Below are positions 36,059 through 45,565 of a stretch of 51,355 nt of DNA, one piece after another (positions within the stretch are counted from its first letter, which is position 1; the number at the start of each line of letters is the position of its first letter). The notes under the pieces were generated by a model. That model saw only the letters and a program-made list of their open reading frames with translations. It was not told the DNA's origin and searched no databases. The stretch spans positions 1-51,355 of the IMG/VR virus record IMGVR_UViG_3300050330_000092. One strand, given 5' to 3'. The position numbers were made by a program, and so were the translations under genes. The stretch is from a virus. Its lineage: Duplodnaviria; Caudoviricetes.

Positions 36059-36568
36059 TCATGCACCACCCGATGCCATTGGGAATGGGATGGTCGATGA
36101 CATCGCGGATGCCATGTCGTACTCGTGGGGCGCGATCTCACGGAATCCGGCCCACCCTGCGAGGTTCGGCTGCTCCTCCATGAGCCGGGCGAGTTCCATC
36201 AGGACGGCGTCTCGGATCTTCCGCGAGGTGACCGTGAGCAGTGCCCGGGACATCGCCTTCCCCATGTTGACCCGGTCCAGGACCCCGTCGTGGCGGACGA
36301 ATGATCGGATAAGCAGCTCCGCGGTGCCTTCGTCGACCACGACGAACCGGGCCTTCGCGAGCTTCTTCACGCTGGCCCTGACCTTCGCCTCGGTGGCGTC
36401 TGCTGCGTGCTCGGCCAGCCGGCCAGGGAAGTAGTCGAGGACGCCGCAGTAGGAGAGCCGCTGCTGGGTGAGCACGTTGTCGTAGAGCCACTGCGCGTCC
36501 ATCGTGAGTGCGCGCCAGTCGCTGTCGTTGCCGCGGCTCGTCTTCATCCGGGCGTGGTCGCGGGCCAT
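36059..36568 (-). CDS. Replication initiator-like protein (N-terminal wHTH)
   Basis: MARDHAR..DSDWRAL..AQWLY..LSYCGV..ELLIRSFVRHDG. Confidence 0.75.
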   Translation of the reverse strand: MARDHARMKTSRGNDSDWRALTMDAQWLYDNVLTQQRLSYCGVLDYFPGRLAEHAADATEAKVRASVKKLAKARFVVVDEGTAELLIRSFVRHDGVLDRVNMGKAMSRALLTVTSRKIRDAVLMELARLMEEQPNLAGWAGFREIAPHEYDMASAMSSTIPFPMASGGA

Positions 36569-36570
36569 GG

Positions 36571-37296
36571 TTAGGCCACCTCCTTGGACATCGAGTCGTG
36601 CTGGTTCATGGACCTGACCTCGCGGTCACCGAAGCGGAGGAACAGGGCAGAGACGCCGTGGTTCGAGCACCACTTCTGCAGCGAGTCCCGCGACAGGCCG
36701 AGGCGGTGACAGACCTCGCTGATCCCGGCTCCCTGCTCGTCGAGGTCGAGGAGAACCTCCAGGCGAGACGGTGGGGTGTACTCCCAGCCGGTCGGGATCT
36801 CGTTCGGGTCGTCGATCCGGTCCCACGCCAGCGGCGGCGGCCACCCCTTCGCGCGAGCCTCGTCAGCGGTACGGCGGGCAGTGGGGGACGTGCACCAGGT
36901 CATGGACAGGTCGGCGTACAGCTCGGCGACCTTCAACGCGGTGGTGGCTTCGATCTTCGCCTCGGTCAGCACCTTCGCGAGGTAGGTGCGGTCATGGCCG
37001 AGACGGCGGGACAGCTCCGAGGACGACCACCCGAGCCGCGCCAACGCCCGCACCCGACGCACGGTCCCCAGCGGCGGGACATGCGGGTTCGGGACACACC
37101 GGTCACGCTTCCGGGCCCGGGCGTGCGCCCGGCGGCAGCACGCCTCCCGACAGCCCGCGTTGTAGCCGGCATCCGTGCCGTGGCGGCACTCCTCCGAGCA
37201 GTACCGGGCCTTCCCGACCGGGCGGAACACGGCACCACAGGTACGGCAGCAGCGCAGCGCATGTCCCGCTGGGCGTGGGTCGTCCGGGGACATCAC
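36571..37296 (-). CDS. Zn-finger/HTH DNA-binding protein
   Basis: YCSEEC, HGT..GY..GCR, RRVRALARLGWS, GWPPPLAWD. Confidence 0.7.
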   Translation of the reverse strand: MMSPDDPRPAGHALRCCRTCGAVFRPVGKARYCSEECRHGTDAGYNAGCREACCRRAHARARKRDRCVPNPHVPPLGTVRRVRALARLGWSSSELSRRLGHDRTYLAKVLTEAKIEATTALKVAELYADLSMTWCTSPTARRTADEARAKGWPPPLAWDRIDDPNEIPTGWEYTPPSRLEVLLDLDEQGAGISEVCHRLGLSRDSLQKWCSNHGVSALFLRFGDREVRSMNQHDSMSKEVA

Positions 37297-38282
37297 GCGT
37301 CAGCCCACGCTGGGTCGTCGGCGAGGTCGAGGGCCTCGTCGGTGGTGTCAGGGGTGTCGACGGTGGCCATGTTCCGTTCGGCCTGCACGTAGTAGGAGGG
37401 CTTCAGCTCGGCGCCGATCCCGTAGCGGCCCATCCGGACGGCGGTGTAGACCTCGGACCCAACTCCCATGAACGGGGTGAGGACGGTCTCCCCGGGGAGG
37501 GTGCGGAGATCGACGAACCTTTCGATGACGTCGAGCTGGAGCGGGTGGACGTGCTTCTCGTCGTCCTCGTCGCGCGCGTCCTGGAACGGGAGAACCCGGT
37601 CGATGCGGATGTCGTCCCACACCGAGGAGGCGTAGCGGCGCCAGATCCAGTGGGACCAGCGGTTCTCCTTCTGGTCGCCGGTCCAGCCGCGGTACTTCGC
37701 GATGTCGGGGGGCGGCTGCTCCGAGCCGGCGTAGGTGCCGTGGAGGCCGGTGGGGTGGTTCACCGGGACAACGGGCCCGCCGGGCTTGCGGAACACGAGC
37801 AGCTCGTCGGGTGCGGCGACACCGCCGAGCGCAGCGTCGTCGACGATGGTCTTGTGGGCGAGGTTCTTCGCCATGGTGCGGAGCCGGACCGCGAGGGGCT
37901 CCTTCCAGATGACGTGCCGGGCGATGAACGCCCATCCGCGGGCCTGGTGGGCGCGGATCACGTCGCCGGGGAAGTCTGTGTAGGCGTCGCGGCCGGTGTT
38001 GCCGGAGGGCACGAGAGCGGCGTGCACGGCGATGGTGCGGCCCGGCATGGTGACCCGGTACAGCTCGTCGACGAAGAACCCGTACATGGTGAAGAACTCG
38101 TCGTAGTCGCGGGCGTTGGACAGGTCCCGTTCGTCGCTGGAGTAGTGGTAGAGCCCACCGAACGGGGGCGAGTAGATCGCCGCGTGGACCGAGTCGGCCG
38201 GCAGCGCGGACATCACGTCCATCGCGTCGGCGTTGTAGATCGCGAACCGGTCCGTGACCAGCTGGTTCAGGACGCCAGCCAT
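37293..38282 (-). CDS. N4-C/N6-A DNA methyltransferase (beta class)
   Basis: YSPPF, HVHPLQLDVI, VLTPFMGVGSE. Confidence 0.9.
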   Translation of the reverse strand: MAGVLNQLVTDRFAIYNADAMDVMSALPADSVHAAIYSPPFGGLYHYSSDERDLSNARDYDEFFTMYGFFVDELYRVTMPGRTIAVHAALVPSGNTGRDAYTDFPGDVIRAHQARGWAFIARHVIWKEPLAVRLRTMAKNLAHKTIVDDAALGGVAAPDELLVFRKPGGPVVPVNHPTGLHGTYAGSEQPPPDIAKYRGWTGDQKENRWSHWIWRRYASSVWDDIRIDRVLPFQDARDEDDEKHVHPLQLDVIERFVDLRTLPGETVLTPFMGVGSEVYTAVRMGRYGIGAELKPSYYVQAERNMATVDTPDTTDEALDLADDPAWADA

Positions 38283-39646
38283 GCGGGCACCTCCAGGGGC
38301 TTGTCGTAGACCCGCGCTGGCACGGCGAGGGCAGCGTTCATGTGGGCTACCAGGGCCGTGAACATCCGGTCCGCCTGGTTGGCCTTCCGGTGGAGGTTCG
38401 CGAGCACGTTCCGGCCGCCGGGGGTGGTGATGACGTCGACCTCGACGGGCCGGGTCTGGCCGAACCGCCACATCCGGCGGACGGCCTGGTACATCTGCTC
38501 GTAGGAGTGCGACGGGAAGTAGGTCATCTGGTGGGCGTGCTGCCAGTTCAGGCCCCACGCGCCCAGGGATGGCTTCGTCACGAGGACCCGGATCTCACCG
38601 CGGGTGAACGCGGCGAGCTTCTCCTCCTTCTCGTACAGCGGGTCGGAGCCGGTGAGCTCGACCGCGCCGTCGATCAGGCGGGCCAGCAGGGTGGACTCGT
38701 CGTTGAGGTGGCACCACGCCACCGCGGCGTCCGCGTGCTCGAGCCGGGAGGCCGCGGCCTCGCACCGTTCGGTGAGGGTGCGGCGGGTCTCCTCGCGTTC
38801 CTCGCGGAGTCCCACGGCGGGCATCTCGAACAGCGAGTCCTCGCGGGTGGTGCGCGGGTCGACCACGGTGACGCGCTCGAGCAGCTCAGGGAGCACGAAC
38901 CGGCCGTCGTCGAACCCGTAGTCCGACGGGCGACGGATCGCGCGCGCCCACGAAGCCACCCACCGCCAGAACGGGTCCTCGGCGTGGCCCTTCAACCGCC
39001 ACCCGACCTCACGGGTGGCAGCAGCGAACCGGGCCCGGCTCGTCACGGTGCGGTTCGCGTTGGTGAAGAACCGGGACAGCATGTCGACGTGCCCGAGTCC
39101 TCCGAGCGCCTCGGACGAGGTGCCGAGCTCGGTGTAGTCGTTCGGCGCCGCCGTGGCGGTCGCGAGGAGGCGGTATGGGACGAGGCGGAGGAACTCGGTG
39201 ACCTGTGCGCGAGTGGTGCCGTCGTACGCCTTCAGGATCGAGGACTCGTCGCACAGGACGCCGCCGAAGTCCGAGTGGTTGAACTTGTGGAGCTGCTCGT
39301 AGTTCGTGACCGTGATCGGCGCGGCCGGCGTGCCGCTGCGGGACTGGATGATGTCGTACCCGAACCGCTGGCCCTCCGACGCCATCTGGAATCCGACCGC
39401 CAGCGGAGTGAGGACCAGCACAGGCTTCCCGGTGTGCTCGTGGACGTTCTGGGCCCACGCCAGACCCATCGGGGTCTTCCCGAGGCCACAGTCAGCGAAC
39501 AAGCCCGCGCGGCCGTGACGGACCGTGAAGTCGACCAGCAGCTCCTGGAAGTCGAACAGGTGTCCGGGCATGTGGTTCGGCTCGAAACCACCGACCGCGG
39601 CGGCCTGCGCCTTCGCGGCGAGGAAGTCGGCGTACGACGTGCTCAC
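38267..39646 (-). CDS. SNF2-like superfamily 2 helicase
   Basis: CGLGKT, DESS, TATAAPN, GLNWQ, QAVRR.WRFGQ. Confidence 0.9.
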   Translation of the reverse strand: MSTSYADFLAAKAQAAAVGGFEPNHMPGHLFDFQELLVDFTVRHGRAGLFADCGLGKTPMGLAWAQNVHEHTGKPVLVLTPLAVGFQMASEGQRFGYDIIQSRSGTPAAPITVTNYEQLHKFNHSDFGGVLCDESSILKAYDGTTRAQVTEFLRLVPYRLLATATAAPNDYTELGTSSEALGGLGHVDMLSRFFTNANRTVTSRARFAAATREVGWRLKGHAEDPFWRWVASWARAIRRPSDYGFDDGRFVLPELLERVTVVDPRTTREDSLFEMPAVGLREEREETRRTLTERCEAAASRLEHADAAVAWCHLNDESTLLARLIDGAVELTGSDPLYEKEEKLAAFTRGEIRVLVTKPSLGAWGLNWQHAHQMTYFPSHSYEQMYQAVRRMWRFGQTRPVEVDVITTPGGRNVLANLHRKANQADRMFTALVAHMNAALAVPARVYDKPLEVPAWLAS

Positions 39647-40020
39647 GCCTCCTCCTTCCGTGCGCCCGGGATCCCCGAGCCCGAGTGCCGGACGCAGCCC
39701 TTCGGGGCCGCGTGCTCGCGGTCGGTGTTCTTGCAGCCCGGGGTGGGACACCAGGGGAGAGGCACGCCGGCGGCAGCGCGGGCGACCAGGACCACCGAGA
39801 CGCGGGCATCGAGAGAGGCGTGCATCAGCAGGGACGCGAGGTCGTGGAGCAGCTGCTCGTTCGCGGACTCGGCGGCAGCGAGATCGCCACGGAGGCGGGT
39901 GTTCTCCGCGACCAGTGCCGCCGTGTCGAACCCGGGCACCGCGTACGCGGCCGCATCGGCCGGGTGCAGCAGTGGCCGCTCCGGGAGCACCGGGCCACGT
40001 GGGACTGGGAGGTTGCTCAT
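39643..40020 (-). CDS. Hypothetical protein
   Basis: Coupled overlaps. Confidence 0.55.
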   Translation of the reverse strand: MSNLPVPRGPVLPERPLLHPADAAAYAVPGFDTAALVAENTRLRGDLAAAESANEQLLHDLASLLMHASLDARVSVVLVARAAAGVPLPWCPTPGCKNTDREHAAPKGCVRHSGSGIPGARKEEA

Positions 40021-40181
40021 GACGGGCCGGTCCTTTCGTCGTCGATCTCGAAGTACGTCGCGTACGCCTGCCCCAGCGCGACCAGGTCAGCGGTCCGTTG
40101 GGCCGCGAGGGACTCGGTCTGGTACTCCTCGGGTGGCCGGCCGGAGGCCTGCTGGAGCGGCCACGTCACCAGGAAGGTCAT
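40017..40181 (-). CDS. Hypothetical protein
   Basis: RBS GGAGG; ATGA overlaps. Confidence 0.5.
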   Translation of the reverse strand: MTFLVTWPLQQASGRPPEEYQTESLAAQRTADLVALGQAYATYFEIDDERTGPS

Positions 40182-40276
40182 GGCGTCCTCCAGGCCGGAC
40201 CCGTGAGAGCGAGAGCGAGGGCCCACACGAGGAGCGCGTTCAGGACGGCGCAGTAGAGGGTGCGGGCGGTGTTCAT
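40178..40276 (-). CDS. 32-aa membrane micropeptide, copy 1
   Basis: MNTARTLYCAVLNALLVWALALALTGPAWRTP; paralogue at 46238-46336. Confidence 0.7.
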   Translation of the reverse strand: MNTARTLYCAVLNALLVWALALALTGPAWRTP

Positions 40277-40437
40277 CCCGTCACCGCCGTCACTTCGCGG
40301 CGCTCATCGAGGAGCCGGTCCTGCACCCGCCGTTCGATCGCGGCCGAGGTGACGTCGAGACGCTCGAGGTACACCAGACACCGAAGGACCGACCGGCGGA
40401 GCTGGAGGTCGATGTCAGCCAGCGTGCGGCGCCTCAC
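40273..40437 (-). CDS. Hypothetical 54-aa protein
   Basis: Translated by hand (..TLADIDLQL..DRLLDER); 4-nt overlaps on both sides. Confidence 0.55.
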   Translation of the reverse strand: MRRRTLADIDLQLRRSVLRCLVYLERLDVTSAAIERRVQDRLLDERREVTAVTG

Positions 40438-40601
40438 GAGGACTCACCACCGGTGGTCCTACCGGGCGTAGAGAGGTGCTCGGGGTGGTTCACGCAGCCC
40501 CGAACATGAGCCATCGACCCGGCGCCGGGGCAGCAGCGAGGCGTCTCGATCCCCACTTCCGTGATCGGCTCGTGGCCGTTGTCGGGTTCCGACAAGTTCA
40601 C
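40434..40601 (-). CDS. Small Cys/His protein
   Basis: GTGA overlaps; CC..H..CVNHP. Confidence 0.45.
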   Translation of the reverse strand: MNLSEPDNGHEPITEVGIETPRCCPGAGSMAHVRGCVNHPEHLSTPGRTTGGESS

Positions 40602-41869
40602 GCGACTGCCTCCTCGGTCTCGATGGCGATGCCAGAGGCGGCCGACAGAGCGTGGACCGCAAGGCCGGGAGGGACGGCGTTGCCGCACTGGAGGAACTGC
40701 TTCCCCCGCGCTCCCTGCCACGGCCAGTCGGCCGGGAAGGACTGCAGCAGGCCCGCCTCTTCGACCGTGACGCGCACCGAGTCGGGAGCGTTCTGGCGGC
40801 TGATCGTGGTGCGGTAGCCGGGAGCCGCGACCACCTCAGGCTTGAAGGTGCCGACGATGGTGGTGCTCGGCCGGTTGAACGCCCAGTCCGGGAGCGCGGG
40901 CGGCTCGCCCTCGCCGCGCCACTCCCAGGCGCAGTAGTTGGACCTCTGACCGAAGTAGAGCGTCGGCTCTGGCTCCTCCGGGGACCGCTCGGCGGCGTTG
41001 GCGCTGCTGTTGTTGCGCAGCACCCAGCGCGTCCAGGAACGCGCCTTCTCGCCCACGACGAACGCCGGGTGGCTGGCCTCTCGCAGGTCCCGAGCGCGGT
41101 ACTGCTGGCCGTTGATCTCGATGCTCTCGCCTCGGTCGGCCGCGCGAGGGAACCCCACGAGATCGAACTGGCTCCACCCCAGCGCCTCGGCCATGCTGAC
41201 CCACTTCCGCACGCCGCGATCGAGCTTGCCGGGGGTGCGGCTGTAGTACCGCGAGTGAGTCGGCGCGGGGGGCGTGACCGGACCGCGGCGGGAAGCGAGC
41301 AGGAACGCACGCTTCCGCGTCTGCGGGACGCCATACTGCTCGGCGTTCAGGAGGCCGGTCCATACGTGCCAGCCGTCGGCGCGGAGCACCTCAGCGCACG
41401 CCTCCCAGACCGGCAAGACGGTCGGGACCTGCTCCCAGGCCAGCCAGCGGTACCCGCCGGTCATGGCGAAGTGCAGCGGGGTGAGCACTAGCGCGGTGCG
41501 GTCGTCGCCGACCTTCTCGCCCACGTCCCGGAGCGCCTGCCGGTCGCTGTACGCGCCAGACCAGATCGCCGCGAGCACGTCGTCCAGAGCCTTGCGCCCC
41601 GATCCCTTGCCTGCCGCCGAGAACGTCTGGCAGGGCGGGGACGCGATGAGGCCGGACGCCTTGCGGTCGGGCTCGAACGTCCACACGTCGTTGTGGATGG
41701 TCTCCAACCCGGCGACCGCCCTGGTGGCGAGAGCCTCCTTCATGATCTCGACGCCGCGGGCGTGGATGCCGAGGCCGTGCGCGGCCAGATCCCAGCCACC
41801 AGCGCCCGCGAACAGGTCGTCGGCGATGTGCGCAATCTCGGCGAAAGGAGGTGTCCGGTCGGCCATCAC
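40598..41869 (-). CDS. C5 cytosine DNA methyltransferase 1
   Basis: DLFAGAGGW, SPPCQ, EQV, YGVPQTRKR, LQSFP, QCGNAVPP. Confidence 0.92.
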   Translation of the reverse strand: MMADRTPPFAEIAHIADDLFAGAGGWDLAAHGLGIHARGVEIMKEALATRAVAGLETIHNDVWTFEPDRKASGLIASPPCQTFSAAGKGSGRKALDDVLAAIWSGAYSDRQALRDVGEKVGDDRTALVLTPLHFAMTGGYRWLAWEQVPTVLPVWEACAEVLRADGWHVWTGLLNAEQYGVPQTRKRAFLLASRRGPVTPPAPTHSRYYSRTPGKLDRGVRKWVSMAEALGWSQFDLVGFPRAADRGESIEINGQQYRARDLREASHPAFVVGEKARSWTRWVLRNNSSANAAERSPEEPEPTLYFGQRSNYCAWEWRGEGEPPALPDWAFNRPSTTIVGTFKPEVVAAPGYRTTISRQNAPDSVRVTVEEAGLLQSFPADWPWQGARGKQFLQCGNAVPPGLAVHALSAASGIAIETEEAVA

Positions 41870-42609
41870 AGACTCCTCGTCCAGAAGTCCTCAGCCGTCT
41901 CCGGGGTGGGGACCTCGAGCTGGTACAACGGGTGGGCCGCGACCGCCTCGTCCTGGGTCGCGTACACCGGGACGTCGGGGTAGTTGCGGCGCACGTAGGA
42001 CCACAACAGGGGCGTCATGGACTCCGCCCGTGGTCCCGTCGGGCCCGCGACCATGAAGCTGTTCCCCCACCCGTTGCCGCCGTAGTAGTAGGTGTCGCTG
42101 GAGCCCATCTCGGGCTCGATCAGCGCGACCAGGCGTGCCTTCGACGTGCGGAACCCGCGGGTCCCGAGGGTGTACAACCCGAACCCCTCCACGACCGCCG
42201 CGACCCGGCCGGTGCGCATGTAGTCGTTCATGCCGTCGAAGTAGGCGTAGAACCCGCACCGGCAGCCCATCCCGGCGACGGTGTGTCGCCGCGCCACCGG
42301 GGGCGGCTTGCGGGCAGGCGACGAGGCGGCCACTGATTCCGCCTCCGCGGTCTTCCGTTTCTTGTCCCGACGGCTGCCCTGCACCGCGGCCAGGCCCCGC
42401 AGGCTGGCCTCGAGGGCCACCATCTGCGCGTTCAGGGCGTCGGTCATCGCCCGGGTGGTCGGGTCGACCTTGCAGACCGCCTCGTTCACGCCCGGGGTGA
42501 AGATCCCGCCCTGAGACGGCCCGTTGAGCCGCCCCAACGCGTCGACAGCGAACGCGCGGAGACCGGTCAGGCTGCCGACGTGGAACTCGCGGTCGGAGAA
42601 CTCAGACAT
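41866..42609 (-). CDS. Uncharacterised protein with H..CxCGFYAY motif
   Basis: GLRAF, PGVNEAVC, CRCGFYAY, GTRGFR.SKARLVAL. Confidence 0.75.
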   Translation of the reverse strand: MSEFSDREFHVGSLTGLRAFAVDALGRLNGPSQGGIFTPGVNEAVCKVDPTTRAMTDALNAQMVALEASLRGLAAVQGSRRDKKRKTAEAESVAASSPARKPPPVARRHTVAGMGCRCGFYAYFDGMNDYMRTGRVAAVVEGFGLYTLGTRGFRTSKARLVALIEPEMGSSDTYYYGGNGWGNSFMVAGPTGPRAESMTPLLWSYVRRNYPDVPVYATQDEAVAAHPLYQLEVPTPETAEDFWTRSL

Positions 42610-42736
42610 GCTCGGGCTCCTTCACCGGCTCAGGGGAAGCGGGCGCCGGGGCCGGGGCCGGCGTGATCTGCGGGACGGCCGGGATGGTCAGGGGCTCGCA
42701 CTCCCCCTCACGGACCGGTGCACCGATGTCACCCAC
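42602..42736 (-). CDS. 44-aa Pro-rich peptide (MGDIGAPVREGECEPL...)
   Basis: Strong RBS GGAGGTGA; overlaps the start of the downstream gene. Confidence 0.65.
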   Translation of the reverse strand: MGDIGAPVREGECEPLTIPAVPQITPAPAPAPASPEPVKEPEHV

Positions 42737-42742
42737 GGCAGG

Positions 42743-42925
42743 TCACCTCCGTCCGGGACGGGCGAGCTCGAGCGCCGCAGTGATGCCGGCCTGGACACCC
42801 ACCGAGAACGCGTCCACCTCGGCGGCGGTCATCTCCCGGTCCGGGTCGAGGATCTGCAGGTACGCGCCCGCCGTGGCGGTCGCCTCGACCCGAAGGTCGG
42901 GGCCGGTTGCAGTGGTGGTCTCCAT
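42743..42925 (-). CDS. Hypothetical protein
   Basis: RBS AAAGGA. Confidence 0.55.
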   Translation of the reverse strand: METTTATGPDLRVEATATAGAYLQILDPDREMTAAEVDAFSVGVQAGITAALELARPGRR

Positions 42926-42940
42926 CAGGGTCCTTTCGTG

Positions 42941-43018
42941 TCAGTCGATGTGCTGGCCGATGAGAACGGCAGCGAGAACGGTCAGGAACAGGCACACAGC
43001 GGTCAGGGCGGCGACCAT
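42941..43018 (-). CDS. 25-aa hydrophobic peptide
   Basis: MVAALTAVCLFLTVLAAVLIGQHID; TGATG coupling. Confidence 0.45.
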   Translation of the reverse strand: MVAALTAVCLFLTVLAAVLIGQHID

Positions 43019-43500
43019 CACTCGGCCTGCCTTCGGACCTGCGCGAGCACGAGGGCGTCGTCGACGTTGAACAGCCCGAGCGACCCCTTGTACGGGACGG
43101 GCCGGTGGAGCACCCGGACGTTCGTGAGGGTCAGGTGTGCGGCGTGTTCCTCAGCCCACGGGGAGCACAGGCGGCCGGTCACGATGTCGTAGCAGGCCTC
43201 CCACGAATGCACCCCGGACACGCGGGCGATCGCGACGAACCCGGAGTCACCGAACCACGCCGTGTCCGACCGCGGCCCACCCGGTGTACCGGGGTCGACC
43301 GGGGACAGGTGACGCACCACACGGAACGTCTCCTCGCCCTCCCACCGCGACGACGCATGCAACAGGACGTCGTAGCCGGCGGCGGCGCGGAACTGCTTCA
43401 CCGCCGCCACTGGGCCCCGCTTGTTCGCCCTGTTCTCCACGGTCTTCCCGCCACGGCAGATAGCCCACAACCAGGGCTGGCGGATCGAGATCGCGTACAT
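43018..43500 (-). CDS. ASCH domain protein
   Basis: AISIRQPW..I..GGKTVENR, LLHAS, KGSLGLF. Confidence 0.85.
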   Translation of the reverse strand: MYAISIRQPWLWAICRGGKTVENRANKRGPVAAVKQFRAAAGYDVLLHASSRWEGEETFRVVRHLSPVDPGTPGGPRSDTAWFGDSGFVAIARVSGVHSWEACYDIVTGRLCSPWAEEHAAHLTLTNVRVLHRPVPYKGSLGLFNVDDALVLAQVRRQAE

Positions 43501-44159
43501 CAGCGGGTCACCCCCAGCACGGTCGCGGCTTGCTCGACCTGGTCCCAGAGTTGACGGTCGCCACCGTGACGATCCGGGTGCGCGAACGCGCGCGCCTTCT
43601 TGTGGATCAGGAGGAGCACGGCGGGGTCAGCGGCAGCATCGCGGCGGGCGGTCGCGATCGGGACGTCGCTGAACGACCCGAGGATCGACCACGCCTCGTC
43701 CGCGGTCATGTGGGAGGCGGGCATCGCTCGGCCAGCGGGGAGCGCCTTGAAACCGGCGTACTGCTGGCCGGTCTCGGTCGCCCCGTACCGGTCGACCGCA
43801 CGGAGCGCCTCGAGAGTGAGCGCGATCGCGCGGACGTTCTGCTGCCAGTCCGGGCCCTGCTCGTACCAGCGCGAGACGAACCGGTCGCAGCGGTAGAGCA
43901 TCGGACCGTGCTTCGACTCGAACGCCACGACCACAGCCGGCGAGGATGCCCGGGCGTCGGCCCGGAGCATCCCGTCGAGCCGGATGTAGCGATCCTCGAC
44001 GTCGACCTCGAGCACGACGTCGCGGCCGCCGAGGAAGTCAATCTCCCGGCCGAGGAGGTCCATGGTGGACGTCCACTTCGAGTCGAATCGGCTGGCCTCC
44101 CGCTTGCTGTTGGGACGGAGCCAGGTGCGGTCGGAGATGGGGCGGACGGTGTACCTCAT
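43500..44159 (-). CDS. Protein with C-terminal J-domain-like HPD motif
   Basis: WQQNVRAIALTLEALRAVDRYG, QYAGFKALP, AHPDRHGG. Confidence 0.8.
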   Translation of the reverse strand: MRYTVRPISDRTWLRPNSKREASRFDSKWTSTMDLLGREIDFLGGRDVVLEVDVEDRYIRLDGMLRADARASSPAVVVAFESKHGPMLYRCDRFVSRWYEQGPDWQQNVRAIALTLEALRAVDRYGATETGQQYAGFKALPAGRAMPASHMTADEAWSILGSFSDVPIATARRDAAADPAVLLLIHKKARAFAHPDRHGGDRQLWDQVEQAATVLGVTR

Positions 44160-44452
44160 GCTGCGTCCTCGGTGGGTGCGTGGAAGTGGGGCCGGTGGAA
44201 CGGGTAGCCCGACACGAGCTCGCGGGCCTTCTCCTCGGACACCCCGAACCGGACCTGGTAGTGCTCGATCAGATCGAGAGGTGTCCAGGCCTCGCCGGCG
44301 ACGATCACGTGACACCCAGCGGCCTCGAGCGAGAACGGGGCACGGTCCTCGTACTCGTAGGGCAGGGTCCGGCCGTTGCGGCGAGCGAAAATCAACTTCG
44401 TGTCGCAGCCAGGGCGGTTGCAGAACGTCCAAGGCTTCTTCGGCGGGGTCAC
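44156..44452 (-). CDS. Hypothetical protein
   Basis: C..PGC..LIFA..HRPH. Confidence 0.55.
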   Translation of the reverse strand: MTPPKKPWTFCNRPGCDTKLIFARRNGRTLPYEYEDRAPFSLEAAGCHVIVAGEAWTPLDLIEHYQVRFGVSEEKARELVSGYPFHRPHFHAPTEDAA

Positions 44453-44886
44453 GGGCGGGCTCCGTTCGCGAGGTCGAGCAGGACGTCGGCGTGGCAAGGC
44501 AGCGCGAGCGGGCACCAGCAGGAGAGGTCACGGCCGGCCAGGTCACGGACGAGCGCGGCACGGGTCTCGGTGTCGTACTCGTAGGCGCCCATGGGCCCGA
44601 TGTGGAGGGCGAACAGGTCGACGGAGTGCTGGTGGGCGAGGAGCAGCTGGTGGGCGTCAGCGGCCGCTCGGCCGACGATGACCTTGTGGTCGTCCTCGGG
44701 GTGCCAGACCTTCCCCGTGTCGTCGACAACGACCCACGGCGCCGAGCCGGCCCAGTGCGGCCACTCGGGTGCCCGCATCACCGCGAACGGGTTCCCCCAG
44801 CGGGTCGGCCGTCCGACGTACACCGCACCCTCGGGCATCCGCCACCCCTTGGTGCGGCGACGCTGAATCCGCTCCGGAGCCGTCAC
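44449..44886 (-). CDS. DUF4326 family protein
   Basis: YVGRPTRWGNPF, LAGRDLSCWCP..CHADVL. Confidence 0.88.
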   Translation of the reverse strand: MTAPERIQRRRTKGWRMPEGAVYVGRPTRWGNPFAVMRAPEWPHWAGSAPWVVVDDTGKVWHPEDDHKVIVGRAAADAHQLLLAHQHSVDLFALHIGPMGAYEYDTETRAALVRDLAGRDLSCWCPLALPCHADVLLDLANGARP

Positions 44887-45110
44887 GACTGTTCACCGGC
44901 CTCGGCGGCGATCGACCGGTCAGCGTCCTCGAGCCGCTCGTCGGCGCGATCCATCACGAACACCGCGACGTCCGGTGCGTTCTTGGCCAGGATCGCCATG
45001 CACAGCAGGAAGTAGGCCCCCACCTCGTCCTGGTCCAGCTCCTTGAGCTTGGCCGTGATCCGCTCCATTGCCTCGCCGTTGTCCGGGCGGGTCAGGCTCG
45101 GCGTGCTCAT
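44883..45110 (-). CDS. Hypothetical protein
   Basis: Coupled overlaps. Confidence 0.55.
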   Translation of the reverse strand: MSTPSLTRPDNGEAMERITAKLKELDQDEVGAYFLLCMAILAKNAPDVAVFVMDRADERLEDADRSIAAEAGEQS

Positions 45111-45565
45111 GACGCCTCCAGGTCGAACAGGGGGAGGGTGTCGTGCTCGTCGATCGCGACCGGCGGGGCCGGGATCTTGCGGCGCGACGTCGGCGGGAGC
45201 ACCGGGGCCCGGGTGTCGTCACGGACCGGGACGTACACCTTCACCGACGCGGCCTTGGTCGACTCGAGGTTCGATGGGGTGACGCGGCCGCGCCACTCGA
45301 TCAGGCCGTCACGCTGGGCGGCAATGAACCCTCGGGAGATCAGGGCCTTCCGGACGTGGGGGAGGTGCTCTCGGCAGTCGTTGATGCTGAAGGGCTGGCC
45401 CTGTGCGGCGAACGCGCGGATCACCGCGGCGATCACCCGCCGGTCCCATTCGTCGGACGGCCCGTACTCCCGGGTCGACTCCTCGAAGGCCCGGAGCCCT
45501 GCCCGGATCGCCCGCTTCGTCTCCTCGGTCGGGGGGCACTCGACGATCTCGTCTTCCCAGCTCAT
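45107..45565 (-). CDS. Hypothetical (wHTH-like) protein
   Basis: GQPFSINDCR..PSNLESTK..VKVY. Confidence 0.65.
   Translation of the reverse strand: MSWEDEIVECPPTEETKRAIRAGLRAFEESTREYGPSDEWDRRVIAAVIRAFAAQGQPFSINDCREHLPHVRKALISRGFIAAQRDGLIEWRGRVTPSNLESTKAASVKVYVPVRDDTRAPVLPPTSRRKIPAPPVAIDEHDTLPLFDLEAS

Noticed and set aside
37293-41869. Helicase plus methyltransferases as a DISARM/BREX or R-M defence system
   Set aside because: No nuclease, PLD, PglZ or other partner genes; the genes are embedded in the lytic early operon, as is common in actinophages
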